A DNA stretch of 64,000 bases. It comes from an uncultured delta proteobacterium (lineage in GTDB: Bacteria > Desulfobacterota > RBG-13-43-22). Below the pieces are notes generated by a model. The model saw only the letters and a list, made by a program, of their open reading frames with translations. It searched no databases and was not told the DNA's origin. Where the stretch lies: positions 192,001-256,000 of the forward strand of contig CAWBOS010000012.1 in the NCBI GenBank assembly GCA_963790475.1. Reading direction: 5' to 3'. Shown here piece by piece: positions 51,727-61,692 of the stretch (position 1 is its first letter; every line of letters starts with the position of its first letter). Both the position numbers and the translations under genes were made by a program.

Positions 51727-51862
51727 TTGACTTTTTGATTATTAAAGTATAGAGATTTTTACGTAATATTAAACTGTTTCATTGTCTAACAACCTTACAG
51801 ATAAGGAGTGTCAATGGAAGAAAAGGCCCCATTTCTCTGAAGAGTGATGGGGTTTTTTATTT
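51727..51862 (+). ncRNA. Candidate sRNA/attenuator: promoter, hairpin and intrinsic terminator (copy 1)
   Basis: Homologous to 60047-60182; CCCCAT...ATGGGG-TTTTTT terminator. Confidence 0.5.
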
Positions 51863-52083
51863 TGATCTCGGTGATCTACCATAAAGTACAAATTACTGAA
51901 TGTGGATCTTTTTGTTTGAGCTAACCATCTTTGAGGCAAGAAGATGCAGTGTCCCAAGTGTCAGACGGAGAATCCTGAAGGCATAAAATTTTCTTATCTG
52001 AGGAGAAATCTTTTTGGTCAATATTCTATTGTAAATCCAAATTTTTTGTATAAGCTCATCTTGTAAAAAAGGGAGGTACAACC

Positions 52084-53250
52084 ATGGAACAAGCGCTGTC
52101 GGGATTTAGGGTAATTGACTTTGGACATTATATCCCTGGGCCCTACACCGCCATGCTTCTGGCGGAGCAGGGTGCCGAGGTGATCAAGGTGGAAAGACCG
52201 GAGGGTGATCCTGCTCGAGGGGATCCCGGTTTCATGGTCTGGAATCGCAGTAAGAAGAGTATCAAACTGGACCTGAAGAAAAATCAAGCCGTAAAAATTG
52301 CACACGAACTGATCAAAAAAGCCGATGTGATTATCGAAAATTTCCGGCCTGGCGTAGCCGACAAACTCGGCATAGGATTTGAGAAGGTCCACGAGGTGAA
52401 CCCCAAGGCGATCTATTGCTCCATCTCCGGTTTCGGACCGAAGGGGCCATACCGTGACCTGCCGGGCTGGGATCCTATGGTGGGAGCCTTGTCCTGCGCT
52501 TTTGTCGAACATGGAGGCGGAAGGGAATGTCCGCCTCTGTACCTGGTCAATCCCCTCCCAAGCCACTATACCGCTTTTATGGCCGCCTTCAGTATCACCA
52601 CGGCTCTAATCGCCCGTGAATTCACCGGACAAGGTCAACGCATCGATATTTCTTTGTTCGCTTCTATGCTGGGCGCTGCCAGTATGTTCCTGGTTGATTT
52701 TGCGGGAAGGATTAGGATCCCCTTCACCGATCCGCAGGGGGCCATGCCGCTCTATAAGTTCTATCAGGGGAGTGACGGGAAATGGTTTTTCCTAGGGTTG
52801 GGGAATGTGACTTTTCTTACCAAATTCGCTATCGTTATGGAACATGAGGAATGGTTGGCCGATCCCCGCTTCGAAGGCGCTCCCTTTTTGATATTTCCTC
52901 CTGACAGTGATGAGATTATCTCCATGTTTAAGGAGATTTTCGCCACAAAAACTCGGGACGAATGGTTGGCCTTCCTGCGATCGGAGGATATCCCCTGCGC
53001 GGCCGCCCTGCCGGTAGAGGAATTTCTCGATGATCCCCAGGTGATGGCCAATGATATGATCGTTGAAATGGAAGAACCTGGTCTGGGGACGGTGCGGGAG
53101 ATGGGTATCCCCGTTAAACTCAGAGGAACACCAGGAGAGGTAAAAGGCCGATCACCAAAGCTGGGGGAACATGCCCATGAAATCTTGACCGGCCTCTTGG
53201 GTTATTCAGAAGAGGAGATAGCCGCTTTCAAAAAAGAAGGTCTCTTATAA
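52084..53250 (+). CDS. Family III CoA-transferase (CaiB/BaiF)
   Basis: L.G.RVIDF, GAEVIKVE, NRSKKS, ENFRPG, SISGFG..GP. Confidence 0.92.
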   Translation: MEQALSGFRVIDFGHYIPGPYTAMLLAEQGAEVIKVERPEGDPARGDPGFMVWNRSKKSIKLDLKKNQAVKIAHELIKKADVIIENFRPGVADKLGIGFEKVHEVNPKAIYCSISGFGPKGPYRDLPGWDPMVGALSCAFVEHGGGRECPPLYLVNPLPSHYTAFMAAFSITTALIAREFTGQGQRIDISLFASMLGAASMFLVDFAGRIRIPFTDPQGAMPLYKFYQGSDGKWFFLGLGNVTFLTKFAIVMEHEEWLADPRFEGAPFLIFPPDSDEIISMFKEIFATKTRDEWLAFLRSEDIPCAAALPVEEFLDDPQVMANDMIVEMEEPGLGTVREMGIPVKLRGTPGEVKGRSPKLGEHAHEILTGLLGYSEEEIAAFKKEGLL

Positions 53251-53263
53251 GAGAGAAAGGAGG

Positions 53264-54466
53264 ATGACCATGCACCCTCTCGAAGGTATCAGGGTTCTTG
53301 ATTTTAGTACCATGCTCAACGGCCCGTACGCAACGATGCTGCTTTCCGATATGGGCGCTGAAGTAATAAAAGTTGAACCGCCGGATGGTGATTCCTGGCG
53401 AGCCGTGGGAGGAGGCTTCATTGCCTGCAACCGGGGTAAAAAAGCCATCTGCCTTGATCTGAAAAAAGACGAGGCCAAACAAATCATATATTCTTTGATT
53501 AAAAAAAGCGACATCCTGGTGGAGAATGCCCGCTGGGGGGTTTGGCATCGACTCGGTTTGGATTACGATTCGGTGGTCAGGGAAAAACCGGATCTAATCT
53601 ATGTCTCCGTTCTGGGACATGGATCCACGGGTCCTTTGTCGGAAACACCGGGATATGATCCCCTGCTCCAGTCCCGCAGTGGTGAAAGCGTCTCCCAGGG
53701 AGGCCTGGGAAAACCCCCGGTTTTTCATGCCATACCTCTTAATGATTTGGCTACGCCCATGCTGGGGGCCTGGGGCGCTGTTCTGGCCCTCCTGGCCAGG
53801 GTTAGGACCAAGACGGGAAAGGGACAGAACGTCGAATCATCCCTGACCAACGCCTCTATAGCCCTGCAGTCGGGTAATTTTATTGACTATGCCGGAATCA
53901 ACCGAAAATACCCCGGAGGACCGGGCATAAAAGGATTGAGTTCAACCCACCGGTTATACCAAACCAAGGATGAGAGGTGGATCTTCATTATGTGCTATAA
54001 ACCGCAACATTGGTCCAGTCTCTGTCAGGTTTTAGGACAGGAAGAGTTGCTCTCCGATCCCCGATTTGAAAATGAGCAAAATCGCAAGAAAAATGACGAA
54101 TCTTTGTTGAAAATTTTTACTGAGACCTTTAAAGGCAAGACCTATGAGGAATGGGTGAGCGCCCTTTCAAAGGCGGATGTGCCGGTTGCTCCGGCCCAAT
54201 CGGCTGAAGAGGTGATCAGGGATCCGCACTGTGACGCCAATAATTATTTTGCCGAGATCCAGGACCCGGAGTTCGGACCGGTAAGACTACCGGGAGTTGG
54301 ACCTCAATTTTCAGAGATGTCCGGAATCATTCGTCGCGGGACACCGAAGCTCGGCCAAAATACGGACGAAGTTTTGAAAGAATTGGGCTATACTGAAGAA
54401 CAGATCAATGTCCTTAAAGATAAACGGATCATTTTCCAGGCTGATCTGTCGAATTCTCAACCATGA
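53264..54466 (+). CDS. Family III CoA-transferase (CaiB/BaiF)
   Basis: LEGIRVLDF, GAEVIKVE, NRGKK, PGYD, PLND catalytic Asp. Confidence 0.92.
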   Translation: MTMHPLEGIRVLDFSTMLNGPYATMLLSDMGAEVIKVEPPDGDSWRAVGGGFIACNRGKKAICLDLKKDEAKQIIYSLIKKSDILVENARWGVWHRLGLDYDSVVREKPDLIYVSVLGHGSTGPLSETPGYDPLLQSRSGESVSQGGLGKPPVFHAIPLNDLATPMLGAWGAVLALLARVRTKTGKGQNVESSLTNASIALQSGNFIDYAGINRKYPGGPGIKGLSSTHRLYQTKDERWIFIMCYKPQHWSSLCQVLGQEELLSDPRFENEQNRKKNDESLLKIFTETFKGKTYEEWVSALSKADVPVAPAQSAEEVIRDPHCDANNYFAEIQDPEFGPVRLPGVGPQFSEMSGIIRRGTPKLGQNTDEVLKELGYTEEQINVLKDKRIIFQADLSNSQP

Positions 54467-54556
54467 AAAACATAGCCAGAAGAAGGGAACTCATTTATTC
54501 TTCACACCCTGGCCTTCGAATGATCGCTAAAAGCCCTCTTCGTCATTCCGCGCTTG

Positions 54557-54699
54557 GAGACTGTGTCGCAATTACTTTTTTTGTCATTTCGTGCAAGCGA
54601 AGCGTAACACGAAATCCAGTATTTCCAATAAGTTCTGGATACCGGCTTTCGCCGGTATGACGTCTTTTATGGCACTTGCAGTAATTGCGACACAGCCTC
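54557..54699. mobile_element. MITE with 19-bp TIRs and TTG target duplication, inserted in a REP-like palindrome
   Basis: GAGACTGTGTCGCAATTAC / GTAATTGCGACACAGCCTC (1 mismatch), flanked by TTG on both sides. Confidence 0.75.
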
Positions 54700-54887
54700 T
54701 TGACCCGGAATCCATCCTGCCTTTGGCGGACCGGTTTTCACCGAGACGATGTCTGTACAGAGCTCTTAGCGCAGGTTTGTGTTCTATCGACCTCTGAATC
54801 CTCACCGGCGAACCGGGTAGATCTGCGGTAATGGACATTACCTTAAATCGTCCCGGTAACGCCGGTGTCTTTCAAAGCGTAGAAAGA

Positions 54888-56093
54888 TTAGGCGTCGTAT
54901 CTCCCTACAATCGCCACTGCCGCGACATTCCGAAATGGTGCCCCGCCCAGATTATGGGTCAGGCCGAATCTGGGATTATTGAGCTGTCTTTCACCGGCCC
55001 GGCCATGGAGCTGCAGGTACATTTCATACAGCATGCGCAGACCGGAGGCACCGATGGGATGCCCAAAGCACTTCAATCCGCCGTCCACCTGACAGGGGAC
55101 CTGGCCGTCAAGATCGTAAAACCCATCCAGCACATCCTTCACGGCTTGACCCCGGGAGGATATTTTCAGGTCTTCCATGGTCACCAGTTCGGTAATACTG
55201 AAGCAGTCGTGAACCTCCATCATACTGATTTCCTGCCGGGGGTTGGTGATTCCGGCCTCGGCATAAGCCCGGTCCGCCGCCTTATCGGTGGTGACGAAAT
55301 GTTCCCCCTCCCATTCATCGTATTCCATTTCATAGCCGTTGGAAACGGCCAGTTGGAGGGCCTTAACGGAAACGAGATTCTTTTTTCCCATTTTTTTGGC
55401 GATCTCCGGCGTGGTGACGATGGCACAGGCCGAACCGTCTGATACACCGCAGCAGTCGAAGAGTCCCAGGGGATCACTGATGATTGGCGCGTTCAAGATC
55501 GTCTCCATCGATACCGGATTTCGCAAATGCGCCTTGGGGTTCTTGGCCCCGTTTTGATGACTTTTCCAGGATACATGGGCGATGGCCTCTTTCAATAAAT
55601 CCCGGCTGATGCCGTATTTGGCCCGATAGGCACTGGCCAGTTGGGCAAACATGCCCGGGGCGGTCATATTGGGAGAGGTCATATTGCCCACGGTTATCTT
55701 CCCACCGCTACCGGGCAACCCGCCATAACCCACATCCTTGAGTTTTTCCACTCCCAGGGCCAGACAGATATCGTAGGCCCCGGAAGCGACGGCATAACTG
55801 GCCGCACGGAACGCTTCCGTACCGGTCGCGCACATATTTTCATTTCGCGAAACGGGAATATTCGGCAGACGAAGCGTCATCGGCAGGGGCAGTGCGCTGC
55901 CGCCTACACCATACTCCGGAGAATTGGTCCCGAGCCAGGCCGCCTCTATTTCGTTCTTTTCAATGCCGGCATCGGCCAGACATTCTACAAAGGCTTCCAC
56001 CATTAAATCTTCACCGTTGCTCTCCCAGCGCTCCCCGAATTTTGAGCATCCCATGCCCAGGATAACCACTTTGTCTCTTATTCCTGTAGCCAT
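54888..56093 (-). CDS. SCP2-type thiolase/acetyl-CoA acetyltransferase
   Basis: ENMCATG, DG.AC, EVHDCF, GHPIGASG, HNLGG. Confidence 0.92.
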   Translation of the reverse strand: MATGIRDKVVILGMGCSKFGERWESNGEDLMVEAFVECLADAGIEKNEIEAAWLGTNSPEYGVGGSALPLPMTLRLPNIPVSRNENMCATGTEAFRAASYAVASGAYDICLALGVEKLKDVGYGGLPGSGGKITVGNMTSPNMTAPGMFAQLASAYRAKYGISRDLLKEAIAHVSWKSHQNGAKNPKAHLRNPVSMETILNAPIISDPLGLFDCCGVSDGSACAIVTTPEIAKKMGKKNLVSVKALQLAVSNGYEMEYDEWEGEHFVTTDKAADRAYAEAGITNPRQEISMMEVHDCFSITELVTMEDLKISSRGQAVKDVLDGFYDLDGQVPCQVDGGLKCFGHPIGASGLRMLYEMYLQLHGRAGERQLNNPRFGLTHNLGGAPFRNVAAVAIVGRYDA

Positions 56094-56161
56094 AATTTTC
56101 TCCTTTGCAGTTTTAAAAAATTCATTTGTTCTTGAGCCTCCCCCCATTCTTCAACGGTGGA

Positions 56162-57622
56162 TTAGGCCTTTCTGCTATGATCGGGGGCAGCTTTCCAGAA
56201 ATATCCGGTAAAACCCCGTTTAGGATCGTGATAATTTATCCGGAAGGTCATCTTCATGGGCACGCCGACCTCTATATCATTCAGGGAACAGTCGGTAAAA
56301 TCAGTCATGGTCCGTCCGCCGCCTTCAAACTGAATCATGCCATAGATAGCCGGAGGATCCAATGAAGCAGCCAGGTTATCCGCTGTAAAGGTCACCACTT
56401 TGGCCGGTCTGTCGGCAAATTCGTAGTCTACCAAGGAGTCAACCGCTCCGCAATCCGGTTTAACACAGATTCGCTTGGCCGGAATCTGGGCTGTTCCGCA
56501 GGTGGTGCACTTACCCCCTACAAATCCCAGGATATATTTCCGGTTTCGGTATAGGGAGGAAAGCCCGGTACGATAATCCTGATCCCCCCTTCCACCCAGG
56601 TCGGTTTCGATGAGATTATTGTATTGGAGCCACTTGGTATAAGATTCCTCGGTCTTTTTGTTGGCCAGATATCCGGAAATTCCTGTCCTGGACGACGGCT
56701 TCATGATGTTTTCGGTCGCCCGAAAAATCAGGGCGGTAGCCCCCTGCCCCATTCCGGCCACCAGTAAAATATCACCGGGTTTGGCTGTTTCCAGCTCTTT
56801 AGCCAGCATGACCAAGGGATGCGCCACCCCACACTCGCCTACCTGGGCCTCCAGTGTATCGGCCAACTGATTCGGCTTTGCGCCCACGGAACCTGCCAGT
56901 TTGGCGTTAATCCGTCCGAAAATACAGGGAAAGATCATTTTGGTGATATCTCCCACCGCAATGCCGGTCTTTGCCATCGCCCCTTTGAACACCTCGGGAT
57001 ATATCTTGGAAAAACCTTCATCCCTTACCCAGCGTTGCTCCCAGTTATAGTCAAATTTCGCCTCTTCACCCCGGTAATGGTCGACAAAATCAATGGATGT
57101 CGAATAACCGCCCAGATATTCGGCGATCAGGTCATTATCACCCACCACCAGCGCCCCCGAACCGTCTCCGAAAAGCATTTCCTCGTTTGACGCGGCCTTG
57201 GTTCGCCGTTTATCGGAAGCGGTCACCAGGATCCGATGTTTATCCCCGCCCTTAACCACTTCCAGGGCCGTCATCAAAGCCGTCGTCCCGGCTTTAAGTG
57301 AAGATGCAAAATCGGCTGAAGTGATGTCGTCTCTGAGGTTCAAAGCGGACTTTACAACACCGGCATTGTCCCGGTCACTAAAAGGTAAAGTGGTCGAGGC
57401 CAGATAAATACCATCTAATTTTGTTTTATCCACACCCACCAGGGCGTCCCGGCTCGCCGAAACGGCCATGGTCAGGCAGTCCTCATCCCAGTTGGCCATG
57501 GAACGCTCACCGCGGGCCGCTCCTAATAGTCCGGGAGCAAACCAGCCCATGTTTTTGGCAACAGCCGCCCGGCTCAACCGCATCCGGGGGATATAACCGC
57601 CATATGAAACAATACCAACCAT
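56162..57622 (-). CDS. HMG-CoA synthase/KAS III-like domain fused to DUF35 (Zn-ribbon + OB-fold)
   Basis: YGGYIPR.RL, DED..TMA, GDG.GA; C-terminal CTTC...C...C and FWKA.P. Confidence 0.88.
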   Translation of the reverse strand: MVGIVSYGGYIPRMRLSRAAVAKNMGWFAPGLLGAARGERSMANWDEDCLTMAVSASRDALVGVDKTKLDGIYLASTTLPFSDRDNAGVVKSALNLRDDITSADFASSLKAGTTALMTALEVVKGGDKHRILVTASDKRRTKAASNEEMLFGDGSGALVVGDNDLIAEYLGGYSTSIDFVDHYRGEEAKFDYNWEQRWVRDEGFSKIYPEVFKGAMAKTGIAVGDITKMIFPCIFGRINAKLAGSVGAKPNQLADTLEAQVGECGVAHPLVMLAKELETAKPGDILLVAGMGQGATALIFRATENIMKPSSRTGISGYLANKKTEESYTKWLQYNNLIETDLGGRGDQDYRTGLSSLYRNRKYILGFVGGKCTTCGTAQIPAKRICVKPDCGAVDSLVDYEFADRPAKVVTFTADNLAASLDPPAIYGMIQFEGGGRTMTDFTDCSLNDIEVGVPMKMTFRINYHDPKRGFTGYFWKAAPDHSRKA

Positions 57623-57997
57623 ATCAACTCTCCTTTCTGTTTTGATGAATCTGAAGAATTATTCCTCAAGAGACCAACGTTATGATTCGTGAATCCTCTT
57701 GTTCCTGGTCCGTTGAACCATTGTTGGAAATCCTTAAGGTGCAATGGATCAGATTTCAAAGGTCTCCAGGGGTAAGTTATCTTTTTCAACGAATCCTCCC
57801 CTTCTCAGAGGAGAATACCCCTATCAACGTAGATGTCAACTTTCTTGTTAAGCCAAATCCCAAAAATCATTCCTAAGGCATTTATCATAATCATTGGATA
57901 AAATATCCAGTTTCTTTCATCGATGAACCGGGGGCGAAACGGGTGTTTCAATTACTAACGCTGCAAAAATTTAAGTTAAGAAGGATTGAGATATTGT

Positions 57998-58657
57998 TTA
58001 AAACTCACCCGATGTCGAACCATCAAGAGGGATCGCTCGAAAATGACCATGACGTAATTCTCTTACCAGATCCTCACTTGTATGAAAGGTATTTTCAAAC
58101 TCTGTCGCGCAATTCAAGAACCAGTCCCGATTGGCGTAATGGGCATCACTTCCTCCGATTCCCCTCAGGTCGGTTTGTTTAATCAGGGCTGCCGCCTTTT
58201 GGTTTTGCTCTCCTGAATTACTCCCGTTCAGTTCTTCGATAATACTGACCTCGTCCAATTGAATCTCATCCTTGGTCAAGGCCCGGCCGTAGATAGAACT
58301 TCTGAAAGGATGGGCCGGGATGGCGATTCCACCGCAATCGTTAATGGTTTTGATGACTTTTTGACTATTGAGATTTCTCCGGGACACATCGACCTGCTTG
58401 AGAAAATTGGTAGTGATTCCATAAAGCAGCAGATGGCCAAGATTCGTTTCCACTTCAACCCCCTGTAGAATCAAAACATCATATTGATCACTGATTTTCT
58501 GATAAGGCATTTGTTGATCATAAAGACAATGCTCGGTAATGACCAGGCCGTGAAAGGGGTGATATTCACGATATCGTTTAATGAGGCGGCAATAGGTCTC
58601 CACGGTTGCCGATGAATCCCCGGATGCCTGGGTGTGCACATGCATATCGATGATCAT
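57998..58657 (-). CDS. PHP-domain phosphoesterase
   Basis: DMHVHT, ITEH, GVE, GHLL, PAHP, GGSDAH. Confidence 0.9.
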   Translation of the reverse strand: MIIDMHVHTQASGDSSATVETYCRLIKRYREYHPFHGLVITEHCLYDQQMPYQKISDQYDVLILQGVEVETNLGHLLLYGITTNFLKQVDVSRRNLNSQKVIKTINDCGGIAIPAHPFRSSIYGRALTKDEIQLDEVSIIEELNGSNSGEQNQKAAALIKQTDLRGIGGSDAHYANRDWFLNCATEFENTFHTSEDLVRELRHGHFRAIPLDGSTSGEF

Positions 58658-58663
58658 GTTTGG

Positions 58664-59563
58664 TTATTCGATACCCAACACCTTCAAACCTTGTCCCAGG
58701 GTATTCGGGGCAACGTCTAACAGCTCATCAACCGTCCACCGGCCTTTTTTATAAATAGTCCTTTCCAGCACAGGTTCCGAGTAAAGGCTTATCTCTCCCC
58801 CAAAGACGTTGAAGGTCCGCCCGCTGATGTTGCCGGCCGCTTTTGTACATAGGAAAATGATGAAAGGTGAAATATCGTCGGGCTGATTGGCCTCCACCCT
58901 TTCTTTGATGTCGGTTAAGCCGGCCCTTTCCCAGTTGGCGATCAGTTCGGGACTCATGGTCAGCCGAGTGGCTGCCGTCGGCCTGATGGCGTTGCAGGTC
59001 GTATTATACTTGGCCATATCCCGGGCGATCTGGCGGGTAAGTCCGATAATCCCTTCCTTGGCAGCGCCGTAGTTGGCCTGTCCAAAAGTCGACCCCAGAC
59101 CGGCCGAAGAGGAGGTGTTGATAATTCGCCCCCACTTTTGGGCCCGCATATGCCGGCTGGCAGCCCTGGCACAATAAAAATGCCCGTACAAGTGGACCTT
59201 TAGCACAATGTCCCATTCTTCATCACTCATATTAAAAACCATGCGATCCCTCAGAATTCCGGCATTGTTTACCAGAATATCGACTCGACCAAAATTGTCC
59301 ACGGCGGTTTGGATAACCCTCTCCGCACTCTTGGCCTCGGCAACGGAATCAAGGCTGGCAATCGCTTCTCCTCCCGCAGCCTTAATCTCATTGACTACTT
59401 GCTGGGCGGGACCTGCATCGCTCCCAACACCATTGCCACCACCACCTAAATCGTTGACCACGACTTTGGCTCCTGCTGCGGCCAGGGCCATAGCCTCGCC
59501 TCTTCCGATACCACGGCCTGCTCCGGTTACGACCGCGACTTTTCCTTCCAATACTTTAGCCAT
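58664..59563 (-). CDS. SDR oxidoreductase (3-hydroxyacyl-CoA dehydrogenase-like)
   Basis: TGAGRGIG, VVNDLG, NNAGILRD, YGAAK. Confidence 0.92.
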   Translation of the reverse strand: MAKVLEGKVAVVTGAGRGIGRGEAMALAAAGAKVVVNDLGGGGNGVGSDAGPAQQVVNEIKAAGGEAIASLDSVAEAKSAERVIQTAVDNFGRVDILVNNAGILRDRMVFNMSDEEWDIVLKVHLYGHFYCARAASRHMRAQKWGRIINTSSSAGLGSTFGQANYGAAKEGIIGLTRQIARDMAKYNTTCNAIRPTAATRLTMSPELIANWERAGLTDIKERVEANQPDDISPFIIFLCTKAAGNISGRTFNVFGGEISLYSEPVLERTIYKKGRWTVDELLDVAPNTLGQGLKVLGIE

Positions 59564-60046
59564 CCTGCATCCTCCCTTTTTTGTTTATTTTCAATCCCAT
59601 GAATGCGGAAAACACAAAGTCCGTCCAACTGAATGATTGCCCTGACGACCCCAATCACTTTGGTAAGATCATTTATACACCGAGAACTAATATTCTGCAA
59701 TGCCATTGCCTTCGTTTCCGTCAAGGCTGAAAGGAATCTATATTTCCGATTTCGGATTTCGGATTGTGGAATTCGCCACCCCTTTAGATCCCGATTTCAA
59801 GCAGCGGGCGGGTGCCCGGCAAAGCAATCTTCGTGGGACAAATTGCAAGAAGCCGGCCGGTGATCCTGCGCGGCCTTCCGTCCTTGGTTGTCCCGATCAG
59901 TCGCATGGTGTGGTGGAGGCCAAATCGTTGTCCATAAGAATCAGGATCAGCATGCAAAATTTGAATAAGCTTAACCAGAATTCAAAGACCTGCCTTTTTA
60001 AGGTCACGTTTCGATAATAATCAATGAAAAAGATGGTTGAAATTAA

Positions 60047-60182
60047 TTGACTTTTTGGGGATTATGCGGTTAAAATTTCTTCCTATTCTAAAAAGGCTTT
60101 CTTGTTGGCAACCCTTAAGAGGAGTTCCAATGGAAGATTAAAAAACCCCATTTCTTAAATAAAGAGATGGGGTTTTTTATTT
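60047..60182 (+). ncRNA. Candidate sRNA/attenuator (copy 2)
   Basis: TTGACT-18 nt-TAAAAT, hairpin, CCCCATTTCT...AGAGATGGGG-TTTTTT; homologous to 51727-51862. Confidence 0.5.
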
Positions 60183-60244
60183 CGACTTAGGTCCTGGGTT
60201 GTAAAAAAGAAATAAAAGAAAGGTGTTTAGGGAGGCGGTTTTCA

Positions 60245-60577
60245 TTGAAACTTTCAAAGATATCGTGGTTACTTTTTGGGATTATTTTACTCGCTATTCA
60301 ACAAGAACAGGTATTAGGAGGTAGTAACAGGGAGATTTCATCTTCTGCATTTAAGGACAGAGAGAAGATCCCAATTCAATATGTCATGCCTGGAGCGGGC
60401 GGGAAAAATATTTCTGTTCCCCTTTCCTGGAAGAACATTCCTTACCAGTTCACCCTCTATGCCTTAAGTCAGGAGAAGCTTAACCTCGGGGCAAACACCT
60501 CGCTCTCTGCTTTTAAGAAGGCCTTAGAGGGAAAGATCCTGGGATCAACGACACTCACAGGAAAATATGGACGTTAG
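60245..60577 (+). pseudogene. YbhB/YbcL (PEBP) family protein with internal deletion
   Basis: ISSSAF....IP..Y....GKNISVPLSW.NIP joined directly to Y.FTLYAL; the D.D..HW...Y.GP.PP core is missing. Confidence 0.75.
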
Positions 60578-60708
60578 GAATTGAGGTCTGGCGTTCACTT
60601 AATTTATTCTCTTCCCATTAAAAAGCAACCTTTTGTCAAAAAATGTGGAAGTTCATATTGGCCTCAACTTTTGAAGGGAACCAAAAAAGTATCGGAAAGG
60701 AACGAATC

Positions 60709-61548
60709 ATGGGGAAATTAGAAGGTAAAGTGGCTATTGTGACTGGAACGAGTCGAGGTATCGGTAAAGCCATATCCAAGCTCTTTGCGGCTGAAGGGGC
60801 CAAGGTTTTTTGCGCCGCTCGCACCCTGGACGAAGGGGAGCATGTTTTCGAGGGTTCTCTTAACACGACAGTTTCAGAAATCCAGCAGGCCGGAGGCACT
60901 GCTTTAGCCGTACAGACCAATACAGCCTCCGAGAATAGCTGCATTCAGCTTGTTCAGACTGCCAAGGAAACCTTTGGCCCTGTCGATGTCTTGGTTAATG
61001 ATGCGGCCCTTATTTATTTTATCCCCATTAAAGACATGGGAGAACATCAATGGGATCGTTCTTGGGCAGTCGGTCCTCGTGCTGTTTTTATCCTATCTAA
61101 AACAGTGCTGCCGGCTATGATCGAACGCCGGAGCGGAGCCATCGTCAATATTTCTTCCGGCGCAGCGATTGGCCCAGGGCGCGGCCCTTATCAACCAAAT
61201 GCGCGAGGTAGTACCAAGTATGGGGCGGAAAAAGCGGCCATAGAGCGTTTCTCTCAAGGACTTGCTGAAGAGGTTTATTCTTACGGTATTACCGTGGCGG
61301 CTTTGTCTCCTTCGCAGGTAGTGGTCACTCCAGGCACAGTCTATTTCAAATTAACTGCCCCGGAAAATCCGGACGACGAGCCCCCGGAGATCATGGCCAA
61401 AGCAACCCCCCTTCTTGCTACCGAGCCGCTTGACAAAGTTACCGGCCTGGTCACTTATAGCCAGGCCGTTCTCAAGGAGTATGGCTGGATCAGCAATGGT
61501 AAGGGCATCGGAATAGACCGACCGGGTAGTGGATGCAGCCAGCGGTAG
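60709..61548 (+). CDS. SDR oxidoreductase
   Basis: TGTSRGIG, LVNDA, NISS, YGAEK. Confidence 0.9.
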   Translation: MGKLEGKVAIVTGTSRGIGKAISKLFAAEGAKVFCAARTLDEGEHVFEGSLNTTVSEIQQAGGTALAVQTNTASENSCIQLVQTAKETFGPVDVLVNDAALIYFIPIKDMGEHQWDRSWAVGPRAVFILSKTVLPAMIERRSGAIVNISSGAAIGPGRGPYQPNARGSTKYGAEKAAIERFSQGLAEEVYSYGITVAALSPSQVVVTPGTVYFKLTAPENPDDEPPEIMAKATPLLATEPLDKVTGLVTYSQAVLKEYGWISNGKGIGIDRPGSGCSQR

Positions 61549-61692
61549 CCGAAGGGGAAGGAGCTATAAGGGGGTCTAGAAAACTAATAGATTTGAAGAC
61601 CACAAAGGATTTACGATGATCTGTCCCAAGTGTCAACCCAACCTTCCTGACGGACAGGACATCATCCTGGTCCGAACTTATAAGGACTCATA

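Noticed and set aside
51781-51862. c-di-GMP-I or other known riboswitch
   Set aside because: Lacks the GGCAAACC...GNRA...GGGACGCAAAG consensus; kept only as an unknown motif.
59633-60017. Short ORFs between the SDR and ybhB-like genes
   Set aside because: Include heptamer repeat translation (FRISDCGI); no family motifs.
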